Shown here piece by piece: positions 23,059 to 36,646 of a stretch of DNA of 64,000 nt. This DNA comes from Chiloscyllium plagiosum (Eukaryota). The DNA is taken from positions 13,381,979 to 13,445,978 of the forward strand of contig NC_057753.1 of the NCBI RefSeq assembly GCF_004010195.1. Direction: 5' to 3'. The stretch's first letter is position 1. Every line of letters begins with the position of its first letter. The position numbers and the translations under genes are program-made. The notes below the pieces were generated by a model, which saw only the letters and a program-made list of their open reading frames with translations, was not told the DNA's origin and made no database searches.

Positions 23059-23967
23059 TATGCTAACATCAGTGAAAGAAAAGATGACAGAAAGAGCAGA
23101 AATAACATAACAATACGCGTAGAAGAGAGAACGGTGATAAACTATTGAAAGATAAAAAGAAAAATAGCGTGTGATGCCCAGACGTTAAGTATTAAATCAA
23201 CTTAAGTCATAAATCAATCGTGAAGGAAAGTAAAGCGGCCTTGCTTTTAAAATCATTCACATTTCATTAACAGTTGCACAATCCAGTCGTCTCAAAAATG
23301 AATCCACAAAGCAAATCATTCGATATCATCACATCCACTGAGTTGTTCATTTCCTTGTCAAACAACGTTCCTAGATATCCCGCCAGAGGAAGCTGTACTC
23401 TTACTCATTTAAACCCTTTATACCCTTCTTGCAGACTCTTTGTGCAATCCTAATCACTTGCCTTGCCATTTAGTTTTGTGTGTTTGCAAAGTATATTCTC
23501 TTCTGTCAAGAATATGCATAAGTGTGTACTCTGTTCTCTCGCCATTCCCATTCAGATCTTCAGAGAAACTGCATCATCATTTCTTCCTTCAAAAAAAAAG
23601 TATTTGAATTGCACAGCCAATTCTGGCATGCATCACTAACACTCCTTGAAAATGTGGCATTGAGCCGATTTATCTGGGTGCTGCAATGTATCTGGTATGG
23701 ATACCGTGGATACATTTGCTACGGCACAATATAAAATTCAAGAAATGTCGATAAGTATGAATCTTATCAGAAAATGCAACAAAATCAATATTCCATTCTA
23801 TAATTTAAGTAATTGAAAACGTAGACATTTTTTTTTAAAATGACATCATCATTTTGTGGAAAACCTCAAATACATTGACTCTAAGGCTGGGCTAAAGGAA
23901 GGTCTCAAAAGGTAAGAGAGCAGTTCTCTTAACTAGGGAACTCCTGTTCTGATACTCGAACAACATG

Positions 23968-24605
23968 GTTAAAAGTCACACAACACCAAGTTGTCAACCA
24001 ATAGGTTTATTTGGAAGTTTCCGGAGCGCTGTTCCTCATCAGGTGGTTGTGGAGTATAAGTCTGTAAAACTCAGAATTTATAGCAAAATTTTACAGTGTG
24101 ATGTCACTGAAATTATGTATTGAATAAAACCTGGATTGTTTGTTAAGTCTCTCATCTTTTAGAATGAACATGTTGCTTTCAGTTCTTTCTTACGTAAATT
24201 GCAGAATTTCTCTAAAGTTCCATTCTCAAGAGAACTTTAACAATTGATGTCATGTCGGCCCAGTTAATGCCGGCATGACACTAATTGTTAAAGTTCACTT
24301 GACAATACAACTTTAAAAATAAATAAGTGATTTACATATGAAAGAACTGAAACCAAAATATCTATTCTAAAAGATGAGGCTTAACAGACAATCCAGATTT
24401 TTTATTCAATACATAATTTCAGTTACATCACACTGAAAACGTTTGCTATAAACTCTGAGTCTTCCAATCCTATACTCCACAACCATCTGATGAAGGAGCA
24501 GCGCTTCAACAGCCAGTGGTTCCAAGTAAACCTGTTGGACTAGAACCTGGTGTAGTGTGATTTTTAACTTTGTACATCCCAGTCCAGCACCGCCACCTCC
24601 AAATT
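23968..24605. mobile_element. ~600-bp palindromic Penelope-like insertion
   Basis: Imperfect ~300-bp inverted arms centred ~24265; TSD GAACAACATG (23958-23967, 24606-24615); degenerate ctgatgaaggagcagcgct hammerhead-type motif; absent in units 2 and 3. Confidence 0.8.
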
Positions 24606-24925
24606 GAACAACATGAACTTCGCCTACGGACAAATAAAACTGCCAAATACCAATGTTGGTTCAAAGTCTTTCTAAAACCCCGCTGTCTGGTGAATAAATC
24701 CACTGTGTTCCTTTCTCATGCGGCCATCTGAAATGAAGTTCAAAGAGCTCGAAGCTGATTGGTTGAATCGAACAACAAAGGCGTTTGAAACTCATTGGTT
24801 GTCACCCGATGTCTTTGTCAATAATGAACCAATGGGCAGAGAACCGGAAAGGTTACCGATTCTTGACTAAAGCTATTTTAGCTTCAACCAGTTCTGCTGA
24901 CATTCACTGTGATCTCTCTTCAACA

Positions 24926-26015
24926 ATGTCGCCTGGAGCACTGTGTTTATTCCTCACAACTGCAGCTGTTCTAACGGGTAGGTTGGTAACTTGAGGATCT
25001 CTGAGTTTCAGATCCGCAGTGGCAATTACAGTTGTCCGAGCAGTTCCATCAACACAGAGGCAGCCATACATTCTCTCCAAGTGAAAATCATCATGTGGAG
25101 ACAAACTTGTCCAACGCCATCACTGTTTGGGATGAGTTAGCAAAGGACCCCGAATGAAATACATTGTAAGAGTTAGGCTGGGAGTTAAGCAGGACTGGGT
25201 CCATTCAGATACTTTGATAGAGGTGAGATATTTAAACTCACCTACCGTCTGCAGTTTTCACTTCGGGATCGGGAACGAAATGGAAAATGACCTTATTAGA
25301 CGGTGTGATCTGTTTACTGAAGGAGGTTTTATTAAATCTGTCAAAGCCCTTTACCAACACATCTGCTGAGTTGCATGAAATTAATTCCTGTTTATCTTCC
25401 CTAACGTATTTCTCAGTTTATTGTTCAAGGTGACAGGATGACAGTGGCACAAGCATACTGAAACGTTTTATGTAATTTCCTGGTTCTCCTGGAGTCTCTA
25501 ACTTCAAGTGCTGATCTTGCTAATGTTGACCTTTGCGACATATTCTGTATGCCTGTCTAAGTTTGTTCTTCTCATCGTATGGTCTGTTCATCCTTCTTTA
25601 CTATGATATGCCTATACCGCTTGTAAACAAAGCTTTTCACTGCACTGAGGTACGCATGCCAATAAGTCCATCAATTAACCAATCAAATAAATCGATCAAT
25701 CAATTTTACAGGACTTTGTCGAGGAGATTCTGTCTCACAGACGATGGCTTCGATCGTAGTGAATGAGGGAGACAGTGTCTCGATGTTCTGTAATTATACC
25801 ACAACAAGCAATGCTCCTCACCTGTTCTGGTATCGTCAACATTCCAGTGGCTCCGTGGAATTTCTGCTACGGAGAAGCAAATTTGGCGGGAACACAGAAA
25901 GTTTTGAAGGAGACCGGTTATCCTCAGAGCTCGACCATGTGAACCACACCATCTACCTGAAAGTGGTGAAAACAGAACTGTCAGACTCTGCAATGTATTA
26001 CTGCGCACTGAGCCC
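24926..26015 (+). CDS. TCR alpha/delta V segment, family D copy 1 (leader 24926-24977, V exon 25712-26015)
   Basis: Leader MSPGALCLFLTTAAVLT-G|gtaggt; GDSVSQT..CNYTTTSNAPHLFWYRQ..SDSAMYYCALS. Confidence 0.92.
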
Positions 26016-26054
26016 CACTGAGACTCAGAACTGGACTGACCCTGTACAAAAACT
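26016..26054 (+). other. 23-RSS of V-D1
   Basis: CACTGAG-23 bp-ACAAAAACT. Confidence 0.85.
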
Positions 26055-27974
26055 GCCAGAGAGTCACTGAACATGACAGTGTGTCAGGCAAACGGTGAGA
26101 TCAGGAGTGGATCTGAAATTGTACCCGAATTCGCGGTGATATCTGATATTTTTCATTTGAATACATAACTTTATTCGTTGTATATATATTATTGCAATAA
26201 TCTAAAGCTGCCAGTTTCATGAATGAAAAGTGAATACATGATTTTTTTGCCCTTGAAATGTACCAAGGCATTCCACGTTTACAGCGATGAGCGATGTAGA
26301 AAATGCATCTAACAAAATTCAAAACATTTAGTTGGCGAAACAGTAGTCGTTCACGTGATTCTGATGGGTCACCTGACTCTCTGGAGCAACCTGAATAACT
26401 TCAAACATTTAGTGGGATTTTGAGTACTGCCGCTGCAGCTGCATGTCAGGAGTTTCAAAATAACGAAGGACAGAATCGTTCGTCAGGACTTCGCAGGCTT
26501 GCTTTTGGATACCAACCAAAGAGTGGGATTTAACTCCGATCTGAACAACACTAACCAAACAAACACACTCAATAACGGCTGATTGATGAGTCAAGGTCAC
26601 CAGTCAAAGTCTCAGTCTCATGTGGTTTCTACTTCCTGGGCTGTCTAGAAATCAGCATTTCTCACACGGCACCTAAACTTATTGATTGTTTCCCAATCGT
26701 TCACATCTGATTATGTCAATTGTATAAGGACTGGAGGTGTCCTCCCCTCCCTCTGGCGACATTTAAGAGAAACAGAATACTATTGTGACCACAAATTGCT
26801 TTGCAGATGGTGAAGGTGATCTGCCTCTTGGACTGCTGAACTCCTTCAGATGGAAGGACACTCACAGTGCGATGAGCAAGGGAGTTCCACAATTTTGATT
26901 CAGCTACAGTGAAAGAGGATATTCAAGGTGAGTTGGTGATTTATTTTCAGAGAAAGTCACAGGTGGTATTGTAATCCCGACGTTTGGAATTTTCAAATTG
27001 ACTTAGTTTATTCGTGAATATATAACTCTTCTAGGATTCTGTTCATCTAATGGTCTGGACACTTAACAGCGACTGCAGTGAGATTTTCCTTGTGGGTCAG
27101 TAAACAAATGGACTGACACTGATTCAAAAAATGGGGGTTGTTGGAAAAGCTTGGCAGGTCTGGTGGCATTGTGAAGAGAAATTAAAGTTTACATTTTGGG
27201 TCCCGTACCCCTTCCTCAGAAATGAAACAACATTTTCAATGCAACCCCTGTTTGAAGACGTCGCTTGACACGGTCCACCTGCGTCACCGCACACTGCCCT
27301 TAAACCAGCTGCTGAGGAGTTGAGACTGTCCCACATCTCATGCTGAAATGCGCCTCTGCCAAGTAAGTTTGGAGAAAAATGCAATGTTTTTGTTGAGGTT
27401 CGTCCTGAGCAGCTCCATACAGTCTGCAGTCCGTTCCCTGGGACACACATTCTTATAGGCATCAACTGCATCTTGACGACCATCAAAATATTGAAAGGCA
27501 ATCTTTGATCTGCCCGAGCCTTGATCGTCTACCAGAACAAGGAGTTCAGCCCGATCGAGTGTTGCAGGTTGATATATTCCAATGACCTGGACTGCATGAT
27601 GAGGTCTGCATTAAAGCTTGGGTCAGCCACTGCCAAGACACAGTGGGGAAAGACCACCGTCTGAGGTCTTCCTGCTCAAGGTAAATGGCGGTCCATTCAA
27701 TTATTGGATTGTCCACGTGTTCCCAGTGTATGGAAATAGTATTGTATGTGCAAGAGAGGTCTTTGGTTTTGTGTATAATCAAATTCGAACGTTCTATGTG
27801 TTTACTTGATATGCAACTGTGTAGAAATGAACAGTTTTTGGTTCAATGTATATGCATAAAGAGATCTGTTTTAAGAATAAACTATGTGTTTGAAATCAAA
27901 AGAGGTTTACCGAGGTGTGATTATTGCTTGTTGAAAGGTTCACCCATTACCCTGAGATGGCAACTACAAATAAA

Positions 27975-28085
27975 GTCAAAAGTGTGGCACTGGAAAAGCA
28001 CAACAGGTCAGGCAGATCAGGAGAGTCGACGTTTCGAGCTTAAGCTCTTCATCAGGACTGATGCAGTCCTCACTTTCTCCCTGGC
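27975..28085. mobile_element. Penelope-like fragment, cassette-ancestral (also ~35985-36095, ~52815-52920)
   Basis: ctggaaaagcacaacaggtcaggcag..cgacgtttcgagc..ttcatcagg matches the other terminal-repeat fragments. Confidence 0.65.
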
Positions 28086-31000
28086 TTGATGTAAAGTCAA
28101 TCATAGCAATTTTCGAAGGTGTCTGCAAAGACTGCTTTGTTTTCGCCAAACAAAGATGAAATTTAATCTCAAAGTGCTGCCACTGCGTCGGAATGACATG
28201 ATGATATAGTAGTTGAGAAATATACAAGAAAATGAGAAACAGCTACAGAACTTCAAAAGATATGGCAATATCTGTCAAAAGAGAAATAGTGTTACCTTTT
28301 CGAATCTGATATGACTCCACTTTAGAACGTTTCGTTCGAGTGATGTGTTCACAGCTACTGTGACCATGGTTGAGAGAAGGCACTGTTAACCCCAATGTTC
28401 TCCATGCGACTGAGGTGCGTTGGTGAAAATTGATTCTGTATAATCTGATCTCCCAACATTCACTGTGTAGGTGCAAACTGAAAGCCAACTGCGTTACAGT
28501 GACAATCCCAATTTTATTGTTTCTTTCACCACTCTAATTTGTCCGCTTCTGCAATGGGTGCATTTTGCTCTTCAGATCTAACCCGAACTTCGAATGAAAT
28601 ATATCCCAGTCCAACCGCTCTAGAAATATTTAATTCAAAGGATCACAGAGTTGTGATATGAAATATCAATTTAGAGTGGGCACTGAAGCTTGCCCAGTGA
28701 AAGTCCAAACTATTGCATTAACCTGACTACAGAGCTCTCAATGTTAAAGACATTTACATGCAATAGGATCAAATATCCACGATATTAGCTGGCGCCATGA
28801 CATTGATATCAAGACAGGGAGCTTACGAACTAGCACTAGTACAACAATAATCTATGGCACAGGAATAGTGAGCTGCAGGTTCCTGGAATAGCTAATGGAT
28901 GATCAAAAAACAGACCGAGGACAAAAATCAAATTGAAGAACATCAGGAAGAATGACGGAATTGCTTTTTGATACTGGATGAATCACATAGCATTGATCTA
29001 AGTCAAGATTCTGCTGTCATTTTATTCTGTGTCGCACGGATTTCTGAAGCTGATGTTTCCTGGCTACTGGCATTGTACCTCCTTCCCTGGCTGGAGCACA
29101 ATGCCAGATATTTCTGACAGCAATTCTATTGCAATAACTTTCATTTGCACAATGACATAAATCTTTAATCGCATGTTTGGAATTTATTCAAATGTATTCT
29201 GCATAAAGTGAGGACGTAGGTCTTTCTCGGATGCGGCAGCCATTGTCCTGTGTCTGTTAATGATTCTGTTTTATTTGAACTTGGCTCATTCCGATATAAA
29301 GGCCTGTCTGTTGCACTACACTCCTTATGTCCCTACCATCCATCATGAAACTCTTGATTTGAATTGACTTTCCAAAATGCAAGACGTCATACTTAACTAT
29401 ATCAGGTTCCATTTGCTATTTCTGGCCCAGTTCCCCAGCGGATCAAGTTCCTGCTGCTATTTCCGATAACCTCCTTCACTGTGCATGATACCTCCGATTT
29501 TAGTGTCATCTTCAAACTTTGTGCTCATGCCTTGTACAATCTCATTCAAACCACTGATATCAGAACATTGGATAGCTGTTTTAAAATGGATGCATTCAAA
29601 ACGTTAACCCCTCATTCTATTACGTCATGAGTATTCGAAAATATTCCTTGAAAAATTCCCAATCTGAGGCCTTTTAAAAGAATGTGACACTTTTTGAAAC
29701 ATCTTCCGCTTCAATTCGACAGTGGATGGTGGAACGATATGATCTTATTCAGAACACAGCAACAAGCAATGAACTTTGACACTGTATTTGACACATACAC
29801 ACACACACGTGCACACCAACAGACAAAGATAAAAACAGACACACACACACAAAGACATGCACATGAACACACAGAAATACATCTTTGTAGCCAAATAAAA
29901 TTACACATATACACAGACAGCAACAAACATAAATAGATGTGCACACAGAAATACACATAGAAAGACACACATCAACACCCAGAGGCACGCACGCACACAC
30001 AAAAGCACAAACCTTATGTTCAGCACGTCCCCTGCTCGCTTTCATTTTTCCCGCTATCTGTTGCTCCACTTCTGTCAGCATTTAGAACAGAGAACTCAGA
30101 ACATTGCAGCGCAGTACAAGCCCTTCAGCCCTCGATGTTGCATTGACCTGTGAAACCAATCTGAAGCTCATCTAACCTATGCTATTCCGTTCTCATCCAT
30201 ATGTCTAACCAGTGACCATTTATATGACCTTAAGGTTGGAGGGTCTACTACTGTTGCAGGCAGCGCGTTCCACGCACCTTTTACTCTCTTAGTGAAGAAA
30301 CTACCACTGATGTCTGTCCTTTATCTGTCTTTCCTCAGTTTAAAGCCATGTCCCGTCATCCTCGCCATCGCGATCCGAAGAAGAAGTTCTCACTGTCCAC
30401 CCTATCTAACCATCTGTTTATCTTCTATGTCTCAATTAAGTACCTCTCATCCTTCTTATTTCTAACGAAAATAGCCTCAAGTCTCTCAGCCTTTCCTCAT
30501 AAGACCTCGCCTCCATAACAGGCAACATCCAAATAAATCTCGCCTGAACTCTTTCCAAAGCTTCCACATCCTTCCTATAATACAGTGACCAGAACAGTAT
30601 GCAATACTCCAAGTGCAGCCGTACCGTTCAGGTTCAATTGATGAAGCACCAGCATAATAAATGCACAGCATCTTCCAATAGAAGGCGATTTCAGAGATGC
30701 TTGCCTGGTTTTGGGCAGACCCCATCAGAGACAGGTGGGTGAAGGTGTGCGTTTGTAAATGTGTTTGCGTGTGTGTGTGTGTGCTCATGTATGTGTATGC
30801 ATGTAAGAGAGGGGTTGATATCAGAAAGATCACCCTTGCGGGCCATAACACAATGAGTTACTAATGTTGTTCTTCCAGTTAGTACAGTGCACAGAATGGT
30901 AACACATGCTCTTATCGCATCACGCTGAAGTGACACGCCTCTTCAAATCACAGGCCAAGATTTTAGGATTAATATTGAGATCTTTTGCTTGTTTCAATAA

Positions 31001-31386
31001 GGCTGATCAAAATTTGGAATACAGTTTCAGTTGCAATACGTGAAGAAAATACCCTGAAATCGTTGGGTGCTGCATTTGAAATAAAAACGTACAGGGTATC
31101 ACAGGCAACAGGTTTTTTGGGGTGGTGGGGTGTATATTTTTGTTTTCATTCACCTGAAGTCAATTCTGGTGAGAAAGTTTCCGTCACAATTTCCGGACAT
31201 TACCACTAGAGGGCAGGGTGATTATGTGACATATATTGAATGTGAGGGCGGAGTGATATTACACACAACTTATTCCGCAACTTCGAAAGAAGGCAGCACT
31301 GAGGTTGACACGAAAACAGCGTTTTTTGAGTCGTTAACTCCTTTTTTTTCAACAAACTCTGTGGACTTAACGTTTCATGTAACGTG

Positions 31387-31724
31387 ATGATGTCTCAAAC
31401 TTTCCGAGTTCTTTTCATGCTTTCCTCTCTGATCCACATAGTAGAAACTGGAGAAGATGAAGTAGTGCAACTTGCTCAATGGACAGTTGTCAAGGAGGCA
31501 GAAAACGCTTCCATGGAGTGCTCCATAGCAACGGCATCTGGCAGAGTGCATTGGTACAGACAATTCCCGAACCAGCCAGCCCAGCATCTGGTGATAGCCA
31601 AAACAGAAGCTAATCAACGTGAGAGAATCTCCGCTTCAATCAGTACAGACTACAAACACAGTGTCCTAAGTGTGAGAGACACCAGACTTAATGACACCGC
31701 CATCTATCTCTGCGCCAATGGGGG
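31387..31724 (+). CDS. TCR alpha-type V segment, family C copy 2 (leader and V in one ORF)
   Basis: MMSQTFRVLFMLSSLIHIVETGEDEVVQ..MECS..WYRQ..DTAIYLCANG. Confidence 0.92.
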
Positions 31725-31763
31725 CACAGTGTTACAAACAGAGGGAGAGTCTGAACAAAAACG
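31725..31763 (+). other. 23-RSS of V-C2
   Basis: CACAGTG-23 bp-ACAAAAACG. Confidence 0.95.
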
Positions 31764-33130
31764 TACACCGCGTGGGAAGGCCGCAGTGCTGAGTATTAAT
31801 GATATTATTCAAAGGCTCTATCATTCGATGTTAAGGGGAATGTGGTAACAAAAAAGAAATGCAGCCGAGCAAGATGCAAAGAGTGCAAGAAGTGCAGAGA
31901 ATTGGAAATCTGGGCGGCGACGTATGCTTACATGAGTGAAAGATGGGAGAAAGAGCAGAAATAAAGGAATAATACATGTAGAAGATAGAATGGTGATAAA
32001 CCATTGAAAGATAAATGGAAAAATAACAAGTATCATGCATAGGTGTTAGAAATTAGACCATTTTAAGTCGTAAATCAACCGTGAAGTAAAGTAAAGAGGC
32101 CTTTCTTTGAACATCATTCACATTTCAACAACAGTTACATAATTCAGTCGTCTAAATATCCAATCTTACGATATTATCCCATCAAAAAATTGTTCATTTC
32201 CGTGTGGTGCAACGTTCTTTGATACCCCCTCTAGTGAAAGCTGTAGTCCCACTCACTTAAACTCTTTATGTCCTTCTCGCAGACACTTTGTGCCATCCTC
32301 AACACTTGCCTTGCCATTTAGTTTTGTGTCTTTGACAAAATGCATTCTCTTCTGTCAGGATTTCTATTAATATGTACCTCTGCTCTGTCACCATTCCCAT
32401 TCAGACTTTCAGAGAAATGTGTCATCATGTCTTCCTTCAAAAATACTATAGTATTTGGCTGCTGCAGGCCACTCTGGCATGCATCATTAATGCACCTTGA
32501 GAATATGGCAGTAAACCATTTTGTCCAGGTGCTGCAATGTGTCCGGTGTAGATACCGCGGATACATTGCGATGGCGCAACGTAAAATTAAAGAAATGTCG
32601 ATAGCCATGAATCTTGCCAGAAAATCGACATTCCACTCAACTGTTTAAGTAATTGAAAATGCACTTTTTTTAAAAAAATGGACATCATCACTGTATTTAA
32701 AAAGCTCAAACACACTGACCCTCAGCCTGGGCGAAAGGAAGTTTCCAAAACGCCAGAGAGAAGTTCTCTAAACTGCAGAACTCTATTTTCTGACACTCGA
32801 ACAGCGTGGACTGTGTTCCTTCTCTGACTTCGCCGACAGAGAGCTAAAACTGCCAAATGTCATTATTGGCTCATAATCTATGTAAGACCCCATTGTCAGG
32901 CTAATAAGTACACGGTGTTCCTTTCACTTGCGGCCATCTGAAATGAAGTTCAAGGAGCTTAAAGCTGATTGTTGGAATTGATGAACAAAGGCGTTTGACA
33001 CTCATTGGTTGTCACCTCATGCCTCTGTCAACAATGAACCAATGGGCAGAGATCCGGAAATGTTAGCAATTCTTGACTAAAATTATTTTAGCTTCGATCT
33101 GCTCACATTCACTGTAATCTCTCGTCAACA

Positions 33131-33984
33131 ATGACGCCGCCTGGAGCAGTGAGTTCATTCCTCACAGCTGCAGCTGTTCTAACGGGTAGGTTGATAAGTT
33201 GAGGATCATTTTGTTTCAGTTTTCCCTTCAGGATCAGGAACGAAATGGAAAATGACCTTGTTAGGCGGTGAGACCTGTGTACTGAAGGAGGTTTTATTTA
33301 ATCTCGCAAAGCCCTTTACCAATACAGCTGCCGAGTTGCATGAAATTAATGTTTGTTTATCTTTCCTAACTTATTTCGCAGGTTATTATTCAAGGTGACA
33401 GGATGACTGTGGCATAAGAATAATGAAGTGTTTTCTGTAATTTATGGATTCTCCTGTAGTCTTTAACTTCAAGTGCTGATCTTGCTAATGCTGACATTTG
33501 CGACATAACCTGTATGCCTTTGTCTAAGTTTGTTCGTCTCATTCTATGATCTGTATATACTTCTTTGCTATGATCGGCCTATACCGCTGGTAAAGAAAGG
33601 TTTTCAGTGCACTGAGGTACACATGACACATATAGTCCATCAATTAACCAATCAAGTAAATCGATCAATCAATTTTGCAGGTCTTTGTCGAGGAGATTCT
33701 GTCTCACAAACACCGGCTTCGATCGCAGTGATTGAGGGGGACAATGTCCAGTTTTTCTGTAATTATACGACAACAGACAATACTCCTTACCTTTTCTGGT
33801 ACCACCAACATTCCAGTGATTCCATGGAGTTTCTGCTCCGGAGAAGCAAATTTGAAGCGAACGCAGAAAGGTTTCAAGGAGACCGGTTTTCCTCAGAGCT
33901 CGACCATGTGAACCACACCATAAACCTGAAAGTGGTGAAAACAGAACTGGCAGACTCTGCAATGTATTACTGCGCACTGAGCCC
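33131..33984 (+). CDS. TCR alpha/delta V segment, family D copy 2 (leader 33131-33185, V exon 33681-33984)
   Basis: Leader MTPPGAVSSFLTAAAVLT-G|gtaggt; open V ending DSAMYYCALS. Confidence 0.9.
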
Positions 33985-34023
33985 CACGGAGATTCGGAAC
34001 TGGGCCGACCCTTTACAAAAACT
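33985..34023 (+). other. 23-RSS of V-D2
   Basis: CACGGAG-23 bp-ACAAAAACT. Confidence 0.8.
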
Positions 34024-36646
34024 GTCAGGGAGTCACTGAACATGACAGTGTGTCAGGCAAACGGTGAGATCAGGAGTGGATCTGAAATTGTACCCGAATT
34101 CGCGGAAAATCTGATACTTTTTCACTTGAATACATGACTTTATTGGTTATAAATATATTATTGAAATAAACTAAAGCTGTCAGTTTAGTGAATGAAAAGT
34201 GAATACATGATTCCGTGCCTTTTGAAATGTTCCTAAGCGTTCCACGTTTACTGCAATGAGCGATGTAGAAAATGCAGCAACTAGTTACGTCCACCAAAAT
34301 CCAAACCATTTGGTGAGGGAAACAATGATCGGTCACATGATTCTGATCGGCCACGTGCATCGCTGGACCAACCTGAACAACATCAAACATTTTGTGTTGT
34401 ATTAAGGTTTTCCTCTGCAGCTGCATGCTAACAGTTTCAAAGTAGTGAGAAACAGATGCGTAGACCCAGAATAACGCAGGCTTGCTTTCAAATACCAACA
34501 GTAAGTGGGATGCAACTCCGATCTGAACAACACGCACCGAATAGCACACTCAATAACGGCTAATTAATGAGGCAAAGTGACCATTGGAGGTCTTATTCGC
34601 ATATGGTTTCTGCTTGCTGGGCTGTCTGGGAATGAACATTCTTCACCAAACACCTAAGTTTGCTAATTGTTCCCAATCGTTCCCATCTGATTATGTCAAT
34701 TGTATAAGGACGAGAGTCCTTATACAATTGACATTTAAGAGAAACAGAATACGAGTATGACCACAAATTGCATTGGAGAAGATGAAGGTGATCTGCCTCT
34801 TGGACTGCTGAACTCCTTGAGATGGAAGGAAACTCACAGTGCTGTTAGCAAGGGAGTTCAAGAATTTTGACTCAGCAACTGTGAAAGAATAAGTACTGTT
34901 CGAGGTAAAATGGTGACTGAATTTGAGAGAAAGTTACAGATGGTATTGTAAGCCAAACGGAAGGAATTTTCGAATCGATTTAGTTAATTCTTGGAGGTAT
35001 GCCTCCTCCAGGATTCTGTTCATCCTACAGTCTGGACACTTATCAGTGACTGCAGGGGGTTTCACTTGGGGTCATTAAACTAACGGACTGATACTGGTAC
35101 AAAAACGGGGTGTGCTGGAAAAGCTCAGCAGGTCTGGTGGCATCTGTGAAGATAAATTAAAGTTTACGTTTTGTGTCCTGTGCCCCTTCCTCAGACTTGA
35201 GACAACATTTTCAATACAACCCTTATTTGAAGACATCGCTTGGCTTGTGGTTATGAAGGGCACGACCGTGCATGCATGGTCCGCCTGTGTCACCACACAC
35301 TGCCGTTGAACTGGCTGCCGAGAGTTTGAGACTGGCACATATCTCCTGCTGCAATGTGCCTTTGCCAAGTGAGAGTGGAAGAAAATGCAATAATTTTGCT
35401 CAGGCTCGTCCTGAGCAGCTCCATGTACACTACGGTCTGTTGCCTCGGACACAAACCTTTATATCAACTGTATCTTGAGGACCATCAAAACATTGAAATA
35501 CACTCTTTGGTCTGCCCGAGCCTTTTTCGTCGTCCAGAAAAAGGAATTGACCCCGATAGAGTGTTACGGATTAAGATATTCCAATGACCAGGATTACATG
35601 CTGAGGTCCGCATTAAAGATTGGGGCAGCTACTGCCAAGACACGGTGGGGGAAAGACCACCGTCTGACGTCATCCTGCTGAAGGTAAATGGGGATCAATT
35701 CAGTTATTGGACTCTCCTATAGTGTGTCAACTATATATAAATAGTACTGTTGCATGTGCAACAGAGGTCTTTGGTTTGTATATAATCAAACCCGAACGTT
35801 CTGTGTGTTTACTTGATATGCAACTGTGCAGAACTGAACGTATTTTTTCGTTCAATGTATATGCACAAAGAGATCAGTTTTATGAATAAAATATATTTTT
35901 GAAATTAAAAAACGTTTAACCGAGGCGTGATTAATGCTTATTGAAAAGTTCACCCAATACACTGATGTGGCGACATGAACCAAAGTCAAAAGTATGGCAC
36001 TGGAAAAACACAGCAGGTCAACCAGATCAGGAGAGTCAACGTTTCGAGGTTAAGCTCTTCATCAGGAATGATGCAGTCCTCACTTTCTCCCCCGACTTGA
36101 AGTAAAGTCAATCATAGCAACGTTCGAAGATCTCTGCAAAGACTGCTTCATATTCACAAAAAAAGTGAATTTAAATCATAAAGTGCTACCACTGCGGAGG
36201 AATGGCACGATGATGTAATCGTTGAGAAATGTGAAATACAATCAGTAACGATAGAAGCTACAGAGCTTCAGCAAATCTTGCAATATCTGTCAAAAGAAAG
36301 TAGTATTAACGTTTTGAGTCTGATATGAATCCTCTTCAAAACGTTTCCTTCGAGTGTTCTCAGTTTTGCTGCAATGGTTGAGAGAACACATCATTAACAC
36401 CAACGTTCTCCATGCTACTGAAGTGCATTGGTGCAAATTAATTCCATATAATCTGATCTCCAATCTTCACTATGTAGGTGAAACTGAAAGCCAGAGGCGT
36501 GACATTGACAATCTCAATTTTACTGTTCCCCTCATCATTCTAAACTGTTCGCTTCTGAAATGGCTGCATTTTGCTCTTTCAGGTCTATCCCCAACTTCGA
36601 GCGGAATATATCCCAGTCCAACCATTCTAGAAATATTTCATTCAAA

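Noticed and set aside
25375-25430. ATGAAATTA... as the family D leader
   Set aside because: In-frame TAA in D1 and D2; a proper leader with a gtaggt donor lies at 24926-24977.
29694-30081. Cys/Val- or His/Thr-rich ORFs
   Set aside because: Translations of degenerate (CA)n/(TG)n tracts.
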